Shown here in pieces: positions 17,109-26,215 of a stretch of DNA of 26,215 nt. The notes below the pieces were generated by a model. The model searched no databases, was not told the origin of the DNA, and was given only the letters and a program-made list of their open reading frames with translations. The stretch's first letter is position 1. The number at the start of each line of letters is the position of its first letter. Position numbers and translations under genes: made by a program. Source of the DNA: Candidatus Hermodarchaeota archaeon (GTDB lineage: Archaea; Asgardarchaeota; Hermodarchaeia; Hermodarchaeales; Hermodarchaeaceae); NCBI GenBank assembly GCA_016839805.1, contig JAEOTO010000034.1, positions 1 through 26,215 on the forward strand. Direction: 5' to 3'.

Positions 17109-17147
17109 GCCTGTATTTCTGACCAAACAATATGGTGTGGGAGCAGT

Positions 17148-18767
17148 GTGAAGCACGTTGATGTGTTGGTCATTGGATCCGGTGCCGCAGGATTAACCGC
17201 TGCGATTGAAGCCCGTCGAGCAAAGGTTTCGGTTCTTCTTATTACAAAAAGTCTGGTAGGGAGAGCTAATTGCTCGTCTGTAGCGATGGGAACCTTTCGC
17301 GTAGCACACGAGAGTGATGCGATTCAGCAACATTATCAGGCTACACTGGAAGCGGGGCGATTTCTTAACAATCCGCAGCTGGTTCAGATTCTTGTGACGA
17401 ATGCCCAGTCAGCCATTCAGACCATCAAAACTTTGGGTGTACCCCTCGCGATAGAACCCTTTAGAACAACGATTGCCAAAAAGCGACCCGCGGGTATCTA
17501 CCTTACCGAGGCCCTTGCCAACGAGGCACAGCGTTCAGGCGTGAAGCTCCTTGAGAGAACCATGGCAATTGACCTATGTATTCAAACCAATCGCTGTCTG
17601 GGAGCCATTGCTCTTAACGTGGATTCTGGGGAACTTCTTACCATCTCGGCTAAAGCCACCATCTTAGCCACTGGTGGATATGCGCAAATCTATTCACGAA
17701 ATGATAATCCACCCCGAATAGCTGGAGATGGTTTGATGTTAGCCTTTGAAGCGGGAGCCGAACTCCAAGACTTAGAATTTGTCCAGTTCGTCCCCATGTT
17801 TATTGATCCAGGCATCCCCCGGATTCCTCTCCTTGATTGGCTAATCGAATCTACAAAACACCTCAGCCCTCAAGGACCAGTACTGAACACCTATGGAACT
17901 CCATTTCTTGATACCTATGGCTTATTATTGAAACCAATTCTACGAGATAACCTAATTGTGGCCATCGAACGCGAACTTTTCAAAAATCAAACACACACGG
18001 ATTACGTACTACTAGATTTGACGACCCACTCACAAGCAGAAATCGAAGATTGCTTTGAGCTCGAATACCAAAAACAGGCTGTTCGTCCATTATTAGAAGT
18101 CCTTACAACAAAACAGCTCCGCATCGCTTCGGGAGCACACTACACGATGGGGGGCGTACGAATCGATATGTCCTGCTCCAGCACTATCAACGGCTTGTTT
18201 GCTGCAGGTGAAGTAACAGCTGGTATTCATGGCGCGAATCGATTAGGAGGAAACGCACTCACCGAAATTCTGGTCTTTGGTAAACTCGCCGGACAAAGTG
18301 CCGCCAACTACGCCCGACAACAAAAACCGGTTAAACTTGATAAGGGACCCGCAAGAGCAGCGAAAGAGCTCATTCAAGAATTCAGCGAATGCAAATCAAC
18401 GCCTATTGACACATCACAGATGAAGACATCGATTCAAGCAATCGTATCCAAATACTGTCGACCGGTTCGAAACCAACAGGGACTGCGACGAGGGATTAAA
18501 CAGTTAGACCAAATCACAGAAGAGCAGTTCTCTCAAGTGTATGCACCAAATTATCATGAGCTAGCATCCGCATTTGAAGCCCGATCAATGCTACACCTGG
18601 CACATTTAGTGTTCAAAGCAGCCTTAGCGCGGCGTGAGAGTCGCGGGTCCCATTTCAGAATGGATTACCCCACCCGTGATGAGACCAATTGGCGGAAAAC
18701 CGTTGTAATACGGAAAGAGCGTGAACAACCAAAAGTACGATTTGTAAAAATTAACGAAGCCATTTGA
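17148..18767 (+). CDS. FAD-dependent oxidoreductase of the SdhA/FrdA/TfrA/NadB family
   Basis: DVLVIGSGAAG, ILATGG, HYTMGG, LFAAGE, HGANRLGGNAL and RRESRGSHFRMDYP. Confidence 0.92.
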   Translation: MKHVDVLVIGSGAAGLTAAIEARRAKVSVLLITKSLVGRANCSSVAMGTFRVAHESDAIQQHYQATLEAGRFLNNPQLVQILVTNAQSAIQTIKTLGVPLAIEPFRTTIAKKRPAGIYLTEALANEAQRSGVKLLERTMAIDLCIQTNRCLGAIALNVDSGELLTISAKATILATGGYAQIYSRNDNPPRIAGDGLMLAFEAGAELQDLEFVQFVPMFIDPGIPRIPLLDWLIESTKHLSPQGPVLNTYGTPFLDTYGLLLKPILRDNLIVAIERELFKNQTHTDYVLLDLTTHSQAEIEDCFELEYQKQAVRPLLEVLTTKQLRIASGAHYTMGGVRIDMSCSSTINGLFAAGEVTAGIHGANRLGGNALTEILVFGKLAGQSAANYARQQKPVKLDKGPARAAKELIQEFSECKSTPIDTSQMKTSIQAIVSKYCRPVRNQQGLRRGIKQLDQITEEQFSQVYAPNYHELASAFEARSMLHLAHLVFKAALARRESRGSHFRMDYPTRDETNWRKTVVIRKEREQPKVRFVKINEAI

Positions 18768-18779
18768 TAGTGGCGCTCA

Positions 18780-18827
18780 GAGAGAAAAGCAACTGAAGGC
18801 GATGTTTCATCGTCATCGTTTTCTCTC
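18780..18827. terminator. Inverted repeat between convergent genes
   Basis: GAGAGAAAA...TTTTCTCTC with an inner CGATG/CATCG stem. Confidence 0.4.
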
Positions 18828-18846
18828 AAATATTTGTAATATGGGT

Positions 18847-19158
18847 CTAGTCCTCAAGTCGTTCAAGTTTGAAGCAGACGGGACGGACACCATCAGAACA
18901 GGCTGTATACATGATGCCGTCTTCCATCCAGTTGCGGAAGTTGCCGCCCCAGTTGAGCACGGAGAGATCTTTGTAGATGTCGTACCAGGCCCAATTACAG
19001 AATCCGTCAGGTTTCTGTCCTTTTTCAACAATGAACTCTTGGCCATCCTTGAAGCTTTGGCATTCAGTAGCGGTTTTTCCCGTCGGAGTCACGTAGTCTT
19101 TACCAAACACGTCTTTTGGATGAAACCGTTTAATGATTGTGATTTTAACCTTAGGCAT
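18847..19158 (-). CDS. TIGR04076 family protein
   Basis: KVKITII, CQSFKDGQEF, PDGFCNWAW and CSDGVRPVCFKLER. Confidence 0.9.
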   Translation of the reverse strand: MPKVKITIIKRFHPKDVFGKDYVTPTGKTATECQSFKDGQEFIVEKGQKPDGFCNWAWYDIYKDLSVLNWGGNFRNWMEDGIMYTACSDGVRPVCFKLERLED

Positions 19159-19257
19159 ATATTCTCACTAGAAGGGAATATCGTCTCAATCTATGAGATA
19201 TTTAAGTTTATGGTAACCGGCGGGATTAATTTTCCACTTTTAATACTAGAGTTCCTT

Positions 19258-19458
19258 TTACCGTTCATCCTTGAATGAAAAAACCCCTTCTATGGGTCTT
19301 TCAAAGGCCTGTGAAATCCGGTGTGCTAAACGTAGAGAAGGGTTATATTTTCCCTTCTCAAGAAACAAAATTGTCTGACGCGTAACTCCTACCATCTTTG
19401 CCAACTGTTCTTGGGTCCATCCACGCTGTTCGCGGAATTCTCGAATTCGCGTCTTCAA
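19258..19458 (-). CDS. XRE-family HTH transcriptional regulator
   Basis: [32 protein letters not shown] start 2 nt after the upstream stop codon. Confidence 0.95.
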   Translation of the reverse strand: MKTRIREFREQRGWTQEQLAKMVGVTRQTILFLEKGKYNPSLRLAHRISQAFERPIEGVFSFKDER

Positions 19459-19460
19459 TC

Positions 19461-19826
19461 TTAATCTCCACGTCTATCATAGATAATCATCGACAAGCCC
19501 CACACCGAATAACCCACGATCATCAGACTCGCTAGCGCCGCGAAGAACGGTAGGGATACCGGTGGAGTACCTACCAGCAACCAGGTCAGTGCAATACCAA
19601 CACAGATTATAGTTGTCATAAGCATCGCAACAAAGAAGCCATTCCGTGAAGCGCGATTGAAATTGCTTCCAAGGCGTTCATCTTCACGTGCCCCTATACG
19701 GAGGAACCCAAACCAACCGAAGAACCCCAAAAAGCCTAACCAAGCAGGAGAACCTGTAATAGGATAAAGGAGTCCCAGAAGTCCGAGGAAGCCAACCAAT
19801 CCTAGGTAGTAGTACTTCATGAGCAT
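19461..19826 (-). CDS. DUF3796-like membrane protein
   Basis: [11 protein letters not shown]...[11 protein letters not shown]...[11 protein letters not shown] followed by two TM helices; GAGGTGG RBS. Confidence 0.75.
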   Translation of the reverse strand: MLMKYYYLGLVGFLGLLGLLYPITGSPAWLGFLGFFGWFGFLRIGAREDERLGSNFNRASRNGFFVAMLMTTIICVGIALTWLLVGTPPVSLPFFAALASLMIVGYSVWGLSMIIYDRRGD

Positions 19827-19838
19827 CCACCTCGTGAT

Positions 19839-19870
19839 GTTAACTATTTCTAACGTTAAAAATATTTAAC
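19839..19870. promoter_or_regulatory. Tandem 16-bp palindromic operators, probably bound by the XRE regulator
   Basis: GTTAAC-TATT-TCTAAC directly abutting GTTAAA-AATA-TTTAAC, immediately upstream of the DUF3796-XRE operon. Confidence 0.65.
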
Positions 19871-19959
19871 ATTTACGGTATACTACAATAAGAATAGGGC
19901 GTTCAAGGCGAGAAATAAATACAACAAACGGCACCGTACCTTTTTCGGGTGTAACTTCA

Positions 19960-20058
19960 ATGCTTTTCATTATTCTCTCAATTCTGTTGATTTTAACGGC
20001 GATTTTCACCATATATTTTTGGGTGGATTTCTTCGTCCGAAGGTTCATTAGTAAATGA
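19960..20058 (+). CDS. Small single-TM protein (32 aa)
   Basis: MLFIILSILLILTAIFTIYFWVDFFVRRFISK. GGGTG RBS at 19947, AT-rich box at about 19913, downstream T-tract. Confidence 0.55.
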   Translation: MLFIILSILLILTAIFTIYFWVDFFVRRFISK

Positions 20059-20272
20059 AAAGTTTGGCGAAGTCAAGTCGAAGACCAAAACAACAACCCC
20101 CAAAATGGAAGATACTTCTTTTTTGTTTTCTTAAGAAGTACCACCTAGCTTCACAGAAGAATTAGGGCGACCGTCCAGACGAACCTTGCTTGAATTCTGT
20201 GGTTGGGTATGAAAGCATTAATTAATTCGCTTATGCAACCCTCAGGCAACGAAATAGGAGGGATATCAGAGT

Positions 20273-22840
20273 TTGCAAAAAGCAGTCTGGATTAGGCTAG
20301 TCCTAATCGGGATTCTTCTACTTCAAATACCCATAATCAGTATACCTCTCACTAAGACACCCCTTCATGAGAAGGCAGTTGCAACACCAAAACTCCCCTT
20401 ACCCGATGTTAACCTCGACACGCAGGTCACCTGTGTTCTCAACACCACGCATTCTAATCCATTATTCAGGGTACCCATATCTGACCCTGGTCTCTACAAC
20501 TTCACTCTGACTTTTGCCGTCAACTATAGTGATCCCTGGGCTGGAGTTAATTTCTATCTTACCCTCTATGATAGCGCTGATGAATACCAGCCTCAATTAG
20601 ATCAGTATTTTCCAATAGATCGTCAATTTGAATACAACTCCTGGTGGATGATATTCACCGGGTTTTCAAGCCAACATGTCACCGAGTTCATGGTGGTCCA
20701 AACCGGATTCGCCTTTGTTGAGTTGGAACTTGGATGGAATACTCCGTGGGATCAGGTCATCGCGAATTTCACGGTGAGCCAACAATATTCCTTTACTGAT
20801 GCGACGTCTACGCCTCTTGCACAACCCACGAACATCCAGTGGACCGAGGACAACGCATGGAACGTAACGAAATTCACTATTCCCTCAAATGACTTGTACA
20901 ATATCACGTTGGTAAGTCACGTTCCTTATAGTACTACAGCCGGCTCGTCGGGTGTTTCAGATTTCTATGTTTTTGAAACCCTGGCATTATTTGATCTAGT
21001 TTATGGCGCGTACCTAGGCTATTCTCAATGGACCCCAACATGTAATATTCCCGCCGGTCCGGCGGTTGGTATTGCCACCTGGATTGAAAGGAAAACGATT
21101 CCATTACCTGCTGGGGATTACCATCTAGTTGGTAAAAGTAATCCATTCTTGTTCCTTAACGGCACCTACGTCGAGCTAACTGTCTACGTTGAGCAAGTAT
21201 CGACACTCGCTCTGGGTGCTAACGAATCCCTAACATTAGCCTTTGATGCCTCGGCACCTGTTAATGATGTCTATGTGGCAGTAACGGTTCCCGGTAGTTC
21301 TCTTATCGATTTCTACCTCAATAATCCTGAGGGAGGGAACTGGTCAATTGCTTCCTATGATGCCTTGAACGCATTTCTCACGCCTCCCACATACGATTAC
21401 TATGTGGATCCAACATTCAACGTTACCGTGGAAACCCACTACCAGTATGCCGTTTCCCTGAATCAACCGGTTTCAACCTTCAATCCTTGTTCAGGACTCT
21501 TGGGTGAACGGTACTTTGAGCCATACATGTTCCAGGGAACTGAAGTGCTCTACCTAGATGGAGTTCCCCAATGGGCTACCTTTCCGGTAATGGGAGGCCC
21601 AATGAATTTCTGGAATACGTTCTTTCTTGTCGTACAAGGCACTCCCGGGTTTATCGGACCACCAAGCGCGACCTTCAACATCAGCTTGAATCTGGATAGT
21701 ACACCCCTTACCCAACTCACACCTGCCACGGATCTCGTTGTACCAATTAATCAGACCATCGGTCCATTTTATCATGGGTTCCTTTTGCCTGTGGAAAGTG
21801 GTGTGACGTATGACATCCGGCTCACGCCAAATTATACTGCTAATGGTGCAGTCATGTTACAACTCCTGTCAGCGTCCGGTCAATTCTACCATGATTGGGG
21901 CTTCGGTTCAGGGTGGCCGCTATACAAAGCAGTCGGTATTTCAGGCATAATGGCGCCAGGTGTGATCGCGGCATTCAACGTGAACGACACTGCAGCACTT
22001 CGCTTCATAGCTGTACGAAATGCAACCCTGCTCGTGGTGGCGATGGGTACACATCCCATGTTAGGTCCAAGTGATACAAACGAGCTTAAAGTCAGTATAT
22101 CGGCGACGGAACCTACAGATTACACGATCGGCTCAGACTATGACGTAACCACTACCACAACAGAATACGATTTTACCGGGTTCAACGTGCCAGTCATTGC
22201 AGGGTATCGCTATCAGATTAGCCTCACAATTGACTACGGAAGCATGTTCGCTGCGGGAATCTTCTTCGATGATGACGGACACACCCCATTTGACATCGGA
22301 ATGCACGGTCTATGGGCAATCGTGGACCATAGAACAGTAATGACCTTCACAGGCACTTATATGGCCAGCCAAACCGGCATCGTAACCTTCGCCCTCATCC
22401 ACGAAGGAACCGCCCGCTTCTCCATCACCCTTATCGATGACCAACCACCAGTCGTCGAAATACTTGCACCCGAATGGGCAGCATCGTTCGAATCGGGTGA
22501 CATCATCATCAACTTCACCGCCAGCGACGAAATCGGCCTCGCTTCCCTTGTTATTGGAACTGATGGAACAGAAGAGAGCATACCTGTCGACAGCACCAGC
22601 TACACTTACACCGCCCTCAACCCAGGTGTACACCTCATTTACATCAGAGCTGAGGATACCCAGGGGAACACTGCTACCGATAGTGTCGCCATCCTCATCC
22701 TCCCCGATCCGGCTTCGTGGACCCTCGGACGAGACGCAGCCTACATCTTTATGACGTTAATACTCATCGGAGCTGTCGCGGGTACCGGGGTAATCTGCTT
22801 TCTTCTCGGTTGGTTCATCAAAGGACGTCGAAAATCCTAG
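20273..22840 (+). CDS. Large membrane-anchored surface protein with a C-terminal Ig-like domain
   Basis: AGGAGG RBS and signal peptide. Beta-rich with many sequons. DDQPPVVEILAP...IRAEDTQGN Ig-like unit. C-terminal TM followed by KGRRKS. Confidence 0.85.
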   Translation: MQKAVWIRLVLIGILLLQIPIISIPLTKTPLHEKAVATPKLPLPDVNLDTQVTCVLNTTHSNPLFRVPISDPGLYNFTLTFAVNYSDPWAGVNFYLTLYDSADEYQPQLDQYFPIDRQFEYNSWWMIFTGFSSQHVTEFMVVQTGFAFVELELGWNTPWDQVIANFTVSQQYSFTDATSTPLAQPTNIQWTEDNAWNVTKFTIPSNDLYNITLVSHVPYSTTAGSSGVSDFYVFETLALFDLVYGAYLGYSQWTPTCNIPAGPAVGIATWIERKTIPLPAGDYHLVGKSNPFLFLNGTYVELTVYVEQVSTLALGANESLTLAFDASAPVNDVYVAVTVPGSSLIDFYLNNPEGGNWSIASYDALNAFLTPPTYDYYVDPTFNVTVETHYQYAVSLNQPVSTFNPCSGLLGERYFEPYMFQGTEVLYLDGVPQWATFPVMGGPMNFWNTFFLVVQGTPGFIGPPSATFNISLNLDSTPLTQLTPATDLVVPINQTIGPFYHGFLLPVESGVTYDIRLTPNYTANGAVMLQLLSASGQFYHDWGFGSGWPLYKAVGISGIMAPGVIAAFNVNDTAALRFIAVRNATLLVVAMGTHPMLGPSDTNELKVSISATEPTDYTIGSDYDVTTTTTEYDFTGFNVPVIAGYRYQISLTIDYGSMFAAGIFFDDDGHTPFDIGMHGLWAIVDHRTVMTFTGTYMASQTGIVTFALIHEGTARFSITLIDDQPPVVEILAPEWAASFESGDIIINFTASDEIGLASLVIGTDGTEESIPVDSTSYTYTALNPGVHLIYIRAEDTQGNTATDSVAILILPDPASWTLGRDAAYIFMTLILIGAVAGTGVICFLLGWFIKGRRKS

Positions 22841-22866
22841 CTGATAACAAATCTAATGAACTCTAC

Positions 22867-22903
22867 GCTGAACAGACTTCTGTTCAGCATCCTCCCTTTT
22901 TTT
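22867..22903 (+). terminator. Hairpin plus T-tract terminator
   Basis: GCTGAACAG-ACTT-CTGTTCAGC followed by T7. Confidence 0.7.
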
Positions 22904-22916
22904 CTTCGCCAAGCAT

Positions 22917-23834
22917 TTACCTGACATGCTGTGAAATTGCTTCAAGGATCTGTGGAGCTACTTTTGTTGGAATATCATGCCCCATACCTTTGATAATGAA
23001 TAACTTCGCGCCCGGAATGGATGCTGCTGTATCCTTGCCCCCTTCGATGGGGACCAGTGGATCCGCATCCCCGTGAATGACTAAAGTAGGAATTTGCACG
23101 TTTTGTAACGCTTCTTTTCGGCTCCCCGATGCTAGAATTGCTGCCAGTTGCCGAGAGGTGCCCTGCGGATAGAAGCTGCGGTCAAAGGTCCGCCCCGCCA
23201 GGTCACGCACATAGTCTTCATCGATAGGATAATGCGATCCAGATAAAATCCGCTGGCGTTGCACTGAATACTCAATGTACTCGACACGATTGTCCGGAGG
23301 CGTCTGCTGTAATAGAGCTAGTGCTTCGGGCTTCGGTCGGGGCAAATCTGGGTTTCCTGTTGATGACATAATCGAGGTTAATGTACGCACTCGTTCCGGA
23401 TAATGGATGGCAACGCTTTGCGCTATCATCCCGCCCATGGAAACTCCCACTATGTGGGCGGAATCAATGTTCAACACGTCAAGGAGGCCCACTGCATCCT
23501 GCGCCATATCGACCACTTTATACGGGACTGAAACCGTGTCACCTTCTTGCACACCTAGCAATAGTGACATCACGTTTGGCACCCCCGCGGCCTCAAACTT
23601 GGTCGATTTACCCACATCACGATTATCATACCGAATGACCCAAAATCCCATGCCCGCCAATTGTTGACAAAACACTTCTGGCCATCGAATCATCTGCGAA
23701 CCTAACCCCATAATCAGCAACATCGGTGAATCCGATGGCTCACCAAACGTATCATAGGCTAGCTCCACGCCATTAACCTTCACAATCAATTCTTTGCTTT
23801 GTTTTACCTTACCCAAGATAATCCCACCATCCAC
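22917..23834 (-). CDS. Alpha/beta hydrolase (esterase-like); start uncertain
   Basis: LLIMGLG, YDNRDVGKS, GVSMGG nucleophile elbow, HGDADP and GMGHD. Confidence 0.93.
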   Translation of the reverse strand: MDGGIILGKVKQSKELIVKVNGVELAYDTFGEPSDSPMLLIMGLGSQMIRWPEVFCQQLAGMGFWVIRYDNRDVGKSTKFEAAGVPNVMSLLLGVQEGDTVSVPYKVVDMAQDAVGLLDVLNIDSAHIVGVSMGGMIAQSVAIHYPERVRTLTSIMSSTGNPDLPRPKPEALALLQQTPPDNRVEYIEYSVQRQRILSGSHYPIDEDYVRDLAGRTFDRSFYPQGTSRQLAAILASGSRKEALQNVQIPTLVIHGDADPLVPIEGGKDTAASIPGAKLFIIKGMGHDIPTKVAPQILEAISQHVR

Positions 23835-23974
23835 CTATACCGTCACTTAATGTTTTAATCCTTACTTCCCAAATTTCCTAATTACTTAATTATCTTCACA
23901 GTGAAGACGTTAAAAGTAAGTGGTCGTCGACTCGTTACATTGGTAATGGGTTACTGTTTTCTTTTTGGTGGAGA

Positions 23975-24457
23975 TTATTTTTTCATTTGGCGTCGGACGT
24001 GGTAAGCGAGACCAAACATCACCAAAGTTATGAGGGTTCCAATCACTGCCGCGATAACGAAGTAGAGCAGGAGAATTTCACCGGTTAACAGGAAATAGCG
24101 CGTAATGAAGTACATGAGAATCCAATAGATTGTACTCGTTATCAGCCCAGGCGAAAACTCGCGGAGTACAATAGTTTGCAGTAGATGCCAGAATCCATTC
24201 GTCACGAACATAAAGGCAAAACTCAACGGCCATATAACCCACACCCCACCAAACACCTCAAACAGGACAATACCGACCATAAACACCAGAAAAATCATGA
24301 GATTGAACCCAAAGAACATCCGCCCCGAATACTCCAGATAAAAGGTCTTGCGCATCATCTCGACGAAGCCCTCACCCACGGTCAATTCTTCAATCACATG
24401 TACACAGTAGGCAATCACATACCCCCAAAACAACACGCTCAACGTTATTTCCATCAT
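23975..24457 (-). CDS. HXXEE domain membrane protein
   Basis: HVIEE in TM1 and NGFWH...FSPGLITS; five hydrophobic segments. Confidence 0.88.
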   Translation of the reverse strand: MMEITLSVLFWGYVIAYCVHVIEELTVGEGFVEMMRKTFYLEYSGRMFFGFNLMIFLVFMVGIVLFEVFGGVWVIWPLSFAFMFVTNGFWHLLQTIVLREFSPGLITSTIYWILMYFITRYFLLTGEILLLYFVIAAVIGTLITLVMFGLAYHVRRQMKK

Positions 24458-24724
24458 CCAATCACCACTAACTAATTCTCACTGAGTTACACCTCAACCA
24501 CCATAAAAGACTAGCAGCACAGATTAAATCTCGATTTCTTTCGACGCAATATTCTGACTTATTCTGTTAGAAGAAGTAAATGTTCATCAAACGGTTCATT
24601 TGTAAAAATGGATGCACCAGGAGTCAAACAACAGCTCTCCTGGTGCTTAACAAGCTGCTGGTGCCATTTCGTTTATGTACCCTCCAAACCTATTGTCGTA
24701 CACAGCGATTACAGGCGAGCTGAT

Positions 24725-25453
24725 ATGATAGATACATACGAAAAGGTGTATTACACCGAGCTTCTTCCACATGAATTCCAAAAACGTTTGAAAGAAAAGC
24801 CTGTGGCTTATTTGCCCTTAGGTACACTCGAATGGCATGGTGCTCATCTTCCCTTAGGCTCAGATAGCATCCAAAGTGAGGGATTAATGGTGGCATGTGC
24901 CCGTCAGCTGGGGGGAATTGTAATGCCCCCCATATATCTTGGACCTGACCAGGCAATCCAAGCTCAGGACGGGCAGACATTCTATGGGATGGACTCAATA
25001 CCTGATACACTGCCACCACGGCAACTCAAAGGAAGCTGTTACTGGGTTTCTGACGGATTCTTTAAATTACTAATTGACATGATTTTAATCCAAATAAAAC
25101 GCGCAGGATTCCAAGCGGTGTTCGCAGATGGACACGGACCCTCTCGTTGGTCATGGGTGAAAGATCTCCCAGAGCGTGAAGCACGATTCGGATTGAAGCT
25201 GTTCGGAGTTACCTCCGATATCAAACGTAAATGGAAATATCAGATCGATCACGCAGGGCAGAATGAAACATCGATAATGCTGGCTCTCAGGCCCGAACTA
25301 GTTGACATATCAAAGCTACCACAGGACCCATCAATTTCACCAGAAAGAATCTTGGGCAAAGACCCACGTCAAGCCACCGACAAGTTAGGGAAAAAATATT
25401 TGGACGCGGCTGTGAATATTATCAAAGAAAAGTTCGTCAAATCCGGTTTATGA
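24725..25453 (+). CDS. Creatininase/amidohydrolase family protein; likely start 24725
   Basis: LPLGTLEWHGAHLPLGSD, DGHG and DHAGQNETS. Confidence 0.9.
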   Translation: MIDTYEKVYYTELLPHEFQKRLKEKPVAYLPLGTLEWHGAHLPLGSDSIQSEGLMVACARQLGGIVMPPIYLGPDQAIQAQDGQTFYGMDSIPDTLPPRQLKGSCYWVSDGFFKLLIDMILIQIKRAGFQAVFADGHGPSRWSWVKDLPEREARFGLKLFGVTSDIKRKWKYQIDHAGQNETSIMLALRPELVDISKLPQDPSISPERILGKDPRQATDKLGKKYLDAAVNIIKEKFVKSGL

Positions 25454-25493
25454 GGAAAATGTTCACCGGAAAGAAGCTAACAGAAATGAATGT

Positions 25494-26072
25494 TTAGATG
25501 GTTTCGTCTCTCTGTTTTCGAGGTTTCTTGGCACGTCGCCAAGGTCGAGGAATAATCAGCGGCGTCGTCTCTTTATAGACTCGATACGGTTCTCCAAACC
25601 GTTGCTCCAGTTGCGGCTCTTCCCGTCGTTTCAGCCAAACCCAGAGGAGAATAAACACAATCAATGGGATAATGATAATCGCGGTAATAGACTGCGCCAA
25701 CCAGCCAATCCCACTAAGCAAGATCAAAAATCCCAAAATCATGGGATTCCGCGTATACCCATACAATCCTGTGGTCACCAATTCCGTCGACTGTGCCCCA
25801 TCATCCACATCTCCCCACGGCAGACCCTGTCCCGCGCGATACAACTGATAAACCGATCCCCAACACACCAACCCCCCACTAATAATCACAACTGTTCCGA
25901 CAAGGAGATTGAACGGAAACGGTGGAAACAGCGGCACCCCCAATAATCCATCCGTTAATTTCCCCACCCAAAACGTCACCAACGGAATAATAACCACAAA
26001 TAACAACACGACAACCGGTATCACTCGCCACGATAATCTCCGGTCCTTTCCCTCAGTTACAGGCTTATCCAT
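25494..26072 (-). CDS. Isoprenylcysteine carboxyl methyltransferase (ICMT/PEMT) family membrane protein
   Basis: LVTTGLYGYTRNPM and EEPQLEQRFGEPYRVY...TP; GGAG RBS before the ATG at 26072. Confidence 0.9.
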   Translation of the reverse strand: MDKPVTEGKDRRLSWRVIPVVVLLFVVIIPLVTFWVGKLTDGLLGVPLFPPFPFNLLVGTVVIISGGLVCWGSVYQLYRAGQGLPWGDVDDGAQSTELVTTGLYGYTRNPMILGFLILLSGIGWLAQSITAIIIIPLIVFILLWVWLKRREEPQLEQRFGEPYRVYKETTPLIIPRPWRRAKKPRKQRDETI

Positions 26073-26215
26073 CAACACACATCTCCATACGTTTCCCATC
26101 CCCACTATACACCCAAAATCAAAATTAATGATTTCCATTCACTTCTCTAAACTCTGTGGATAAGGAAAAAAGGGGTCCACCCTAAACCAAAGACATGAAT
26201 GATTTGTTTCACATC

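Noticed and set aside
3909-22840. Genome-wide TAG recoding (pyrrolysine)
   Set aside because: Many genes (abfD, DUF3795, TIGR04076, PK_C) end at TAG at their expected family C-termini.
37-26163. Numerous overlapping or antisense ORFs in the track (e.g. 308..628, 6560..6961, 18802..19278, 19866..20048)
   Set aside because: They are shadows of better-supported genes and have no recognisable motifs.
288-26215. Classical integron (IntI + attC array)
   Set aside because: No IntI-specific insertion is evident between the catalytic Lys region and the HxxR box, genes are in mixed orientation, and there are no recurring RYYYAAC...GTTRRRY sites after stops. The 20143-20208 hairpin has GTTGGGT but the wrong spacing and poor bottom-strand pairing.

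Overview
A 26-kb accessory region, most likely archaeal. The evidence is TATA-like promoters, GGAGG/GGTG ribosome-binding sites and sequon-rich membrane-anchored surface proteins; an Asgard origin is plausible but is inference. The left end carries a tyrosine recombinase with a C-terminal zinc ribbon. About 210 bp upstream of its start is a perfect 22-bp palindrome inside a 30-bp element. That element recurs as a 28/30 direct repeat 3.1 kb downstream, bracketing a three-gene module (GYD protein, Zn-ribbon/PQQ-type beta-propeller, CesT/YbjN-like protein). This is a candidate recombinase-mobilised cassette that does not look like a classical integron. The rest is a mosaic of mostly stand-alone genes in mixed orientation: TsaA/TrmO, DinB, a SAM methyltransferase, an AlkZ-like HTH_42 protein, two large surface proteins, a DUF6144-like protein, a tandem PRC-barrel, DUF3795, a PK_C-domain protein, 4-hydroxybutyryl-CoA dehydratase, an orphan SdhA/TfrA-like flavoprotein with an altered active site, TIGR04076, XRE/DUF3796, an alpha/beta hydrolase, HXXEE, a creatininase-family protein and an ICMT-family protein. 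Beyond the ORF track I found two small hydrophobic ORFs, a riboswitch-like structured leader with a related leader 2.8 kb away, a probable ATA start codon and tandem XRE operators. All family calls are by eye from motifs; no searches were run.
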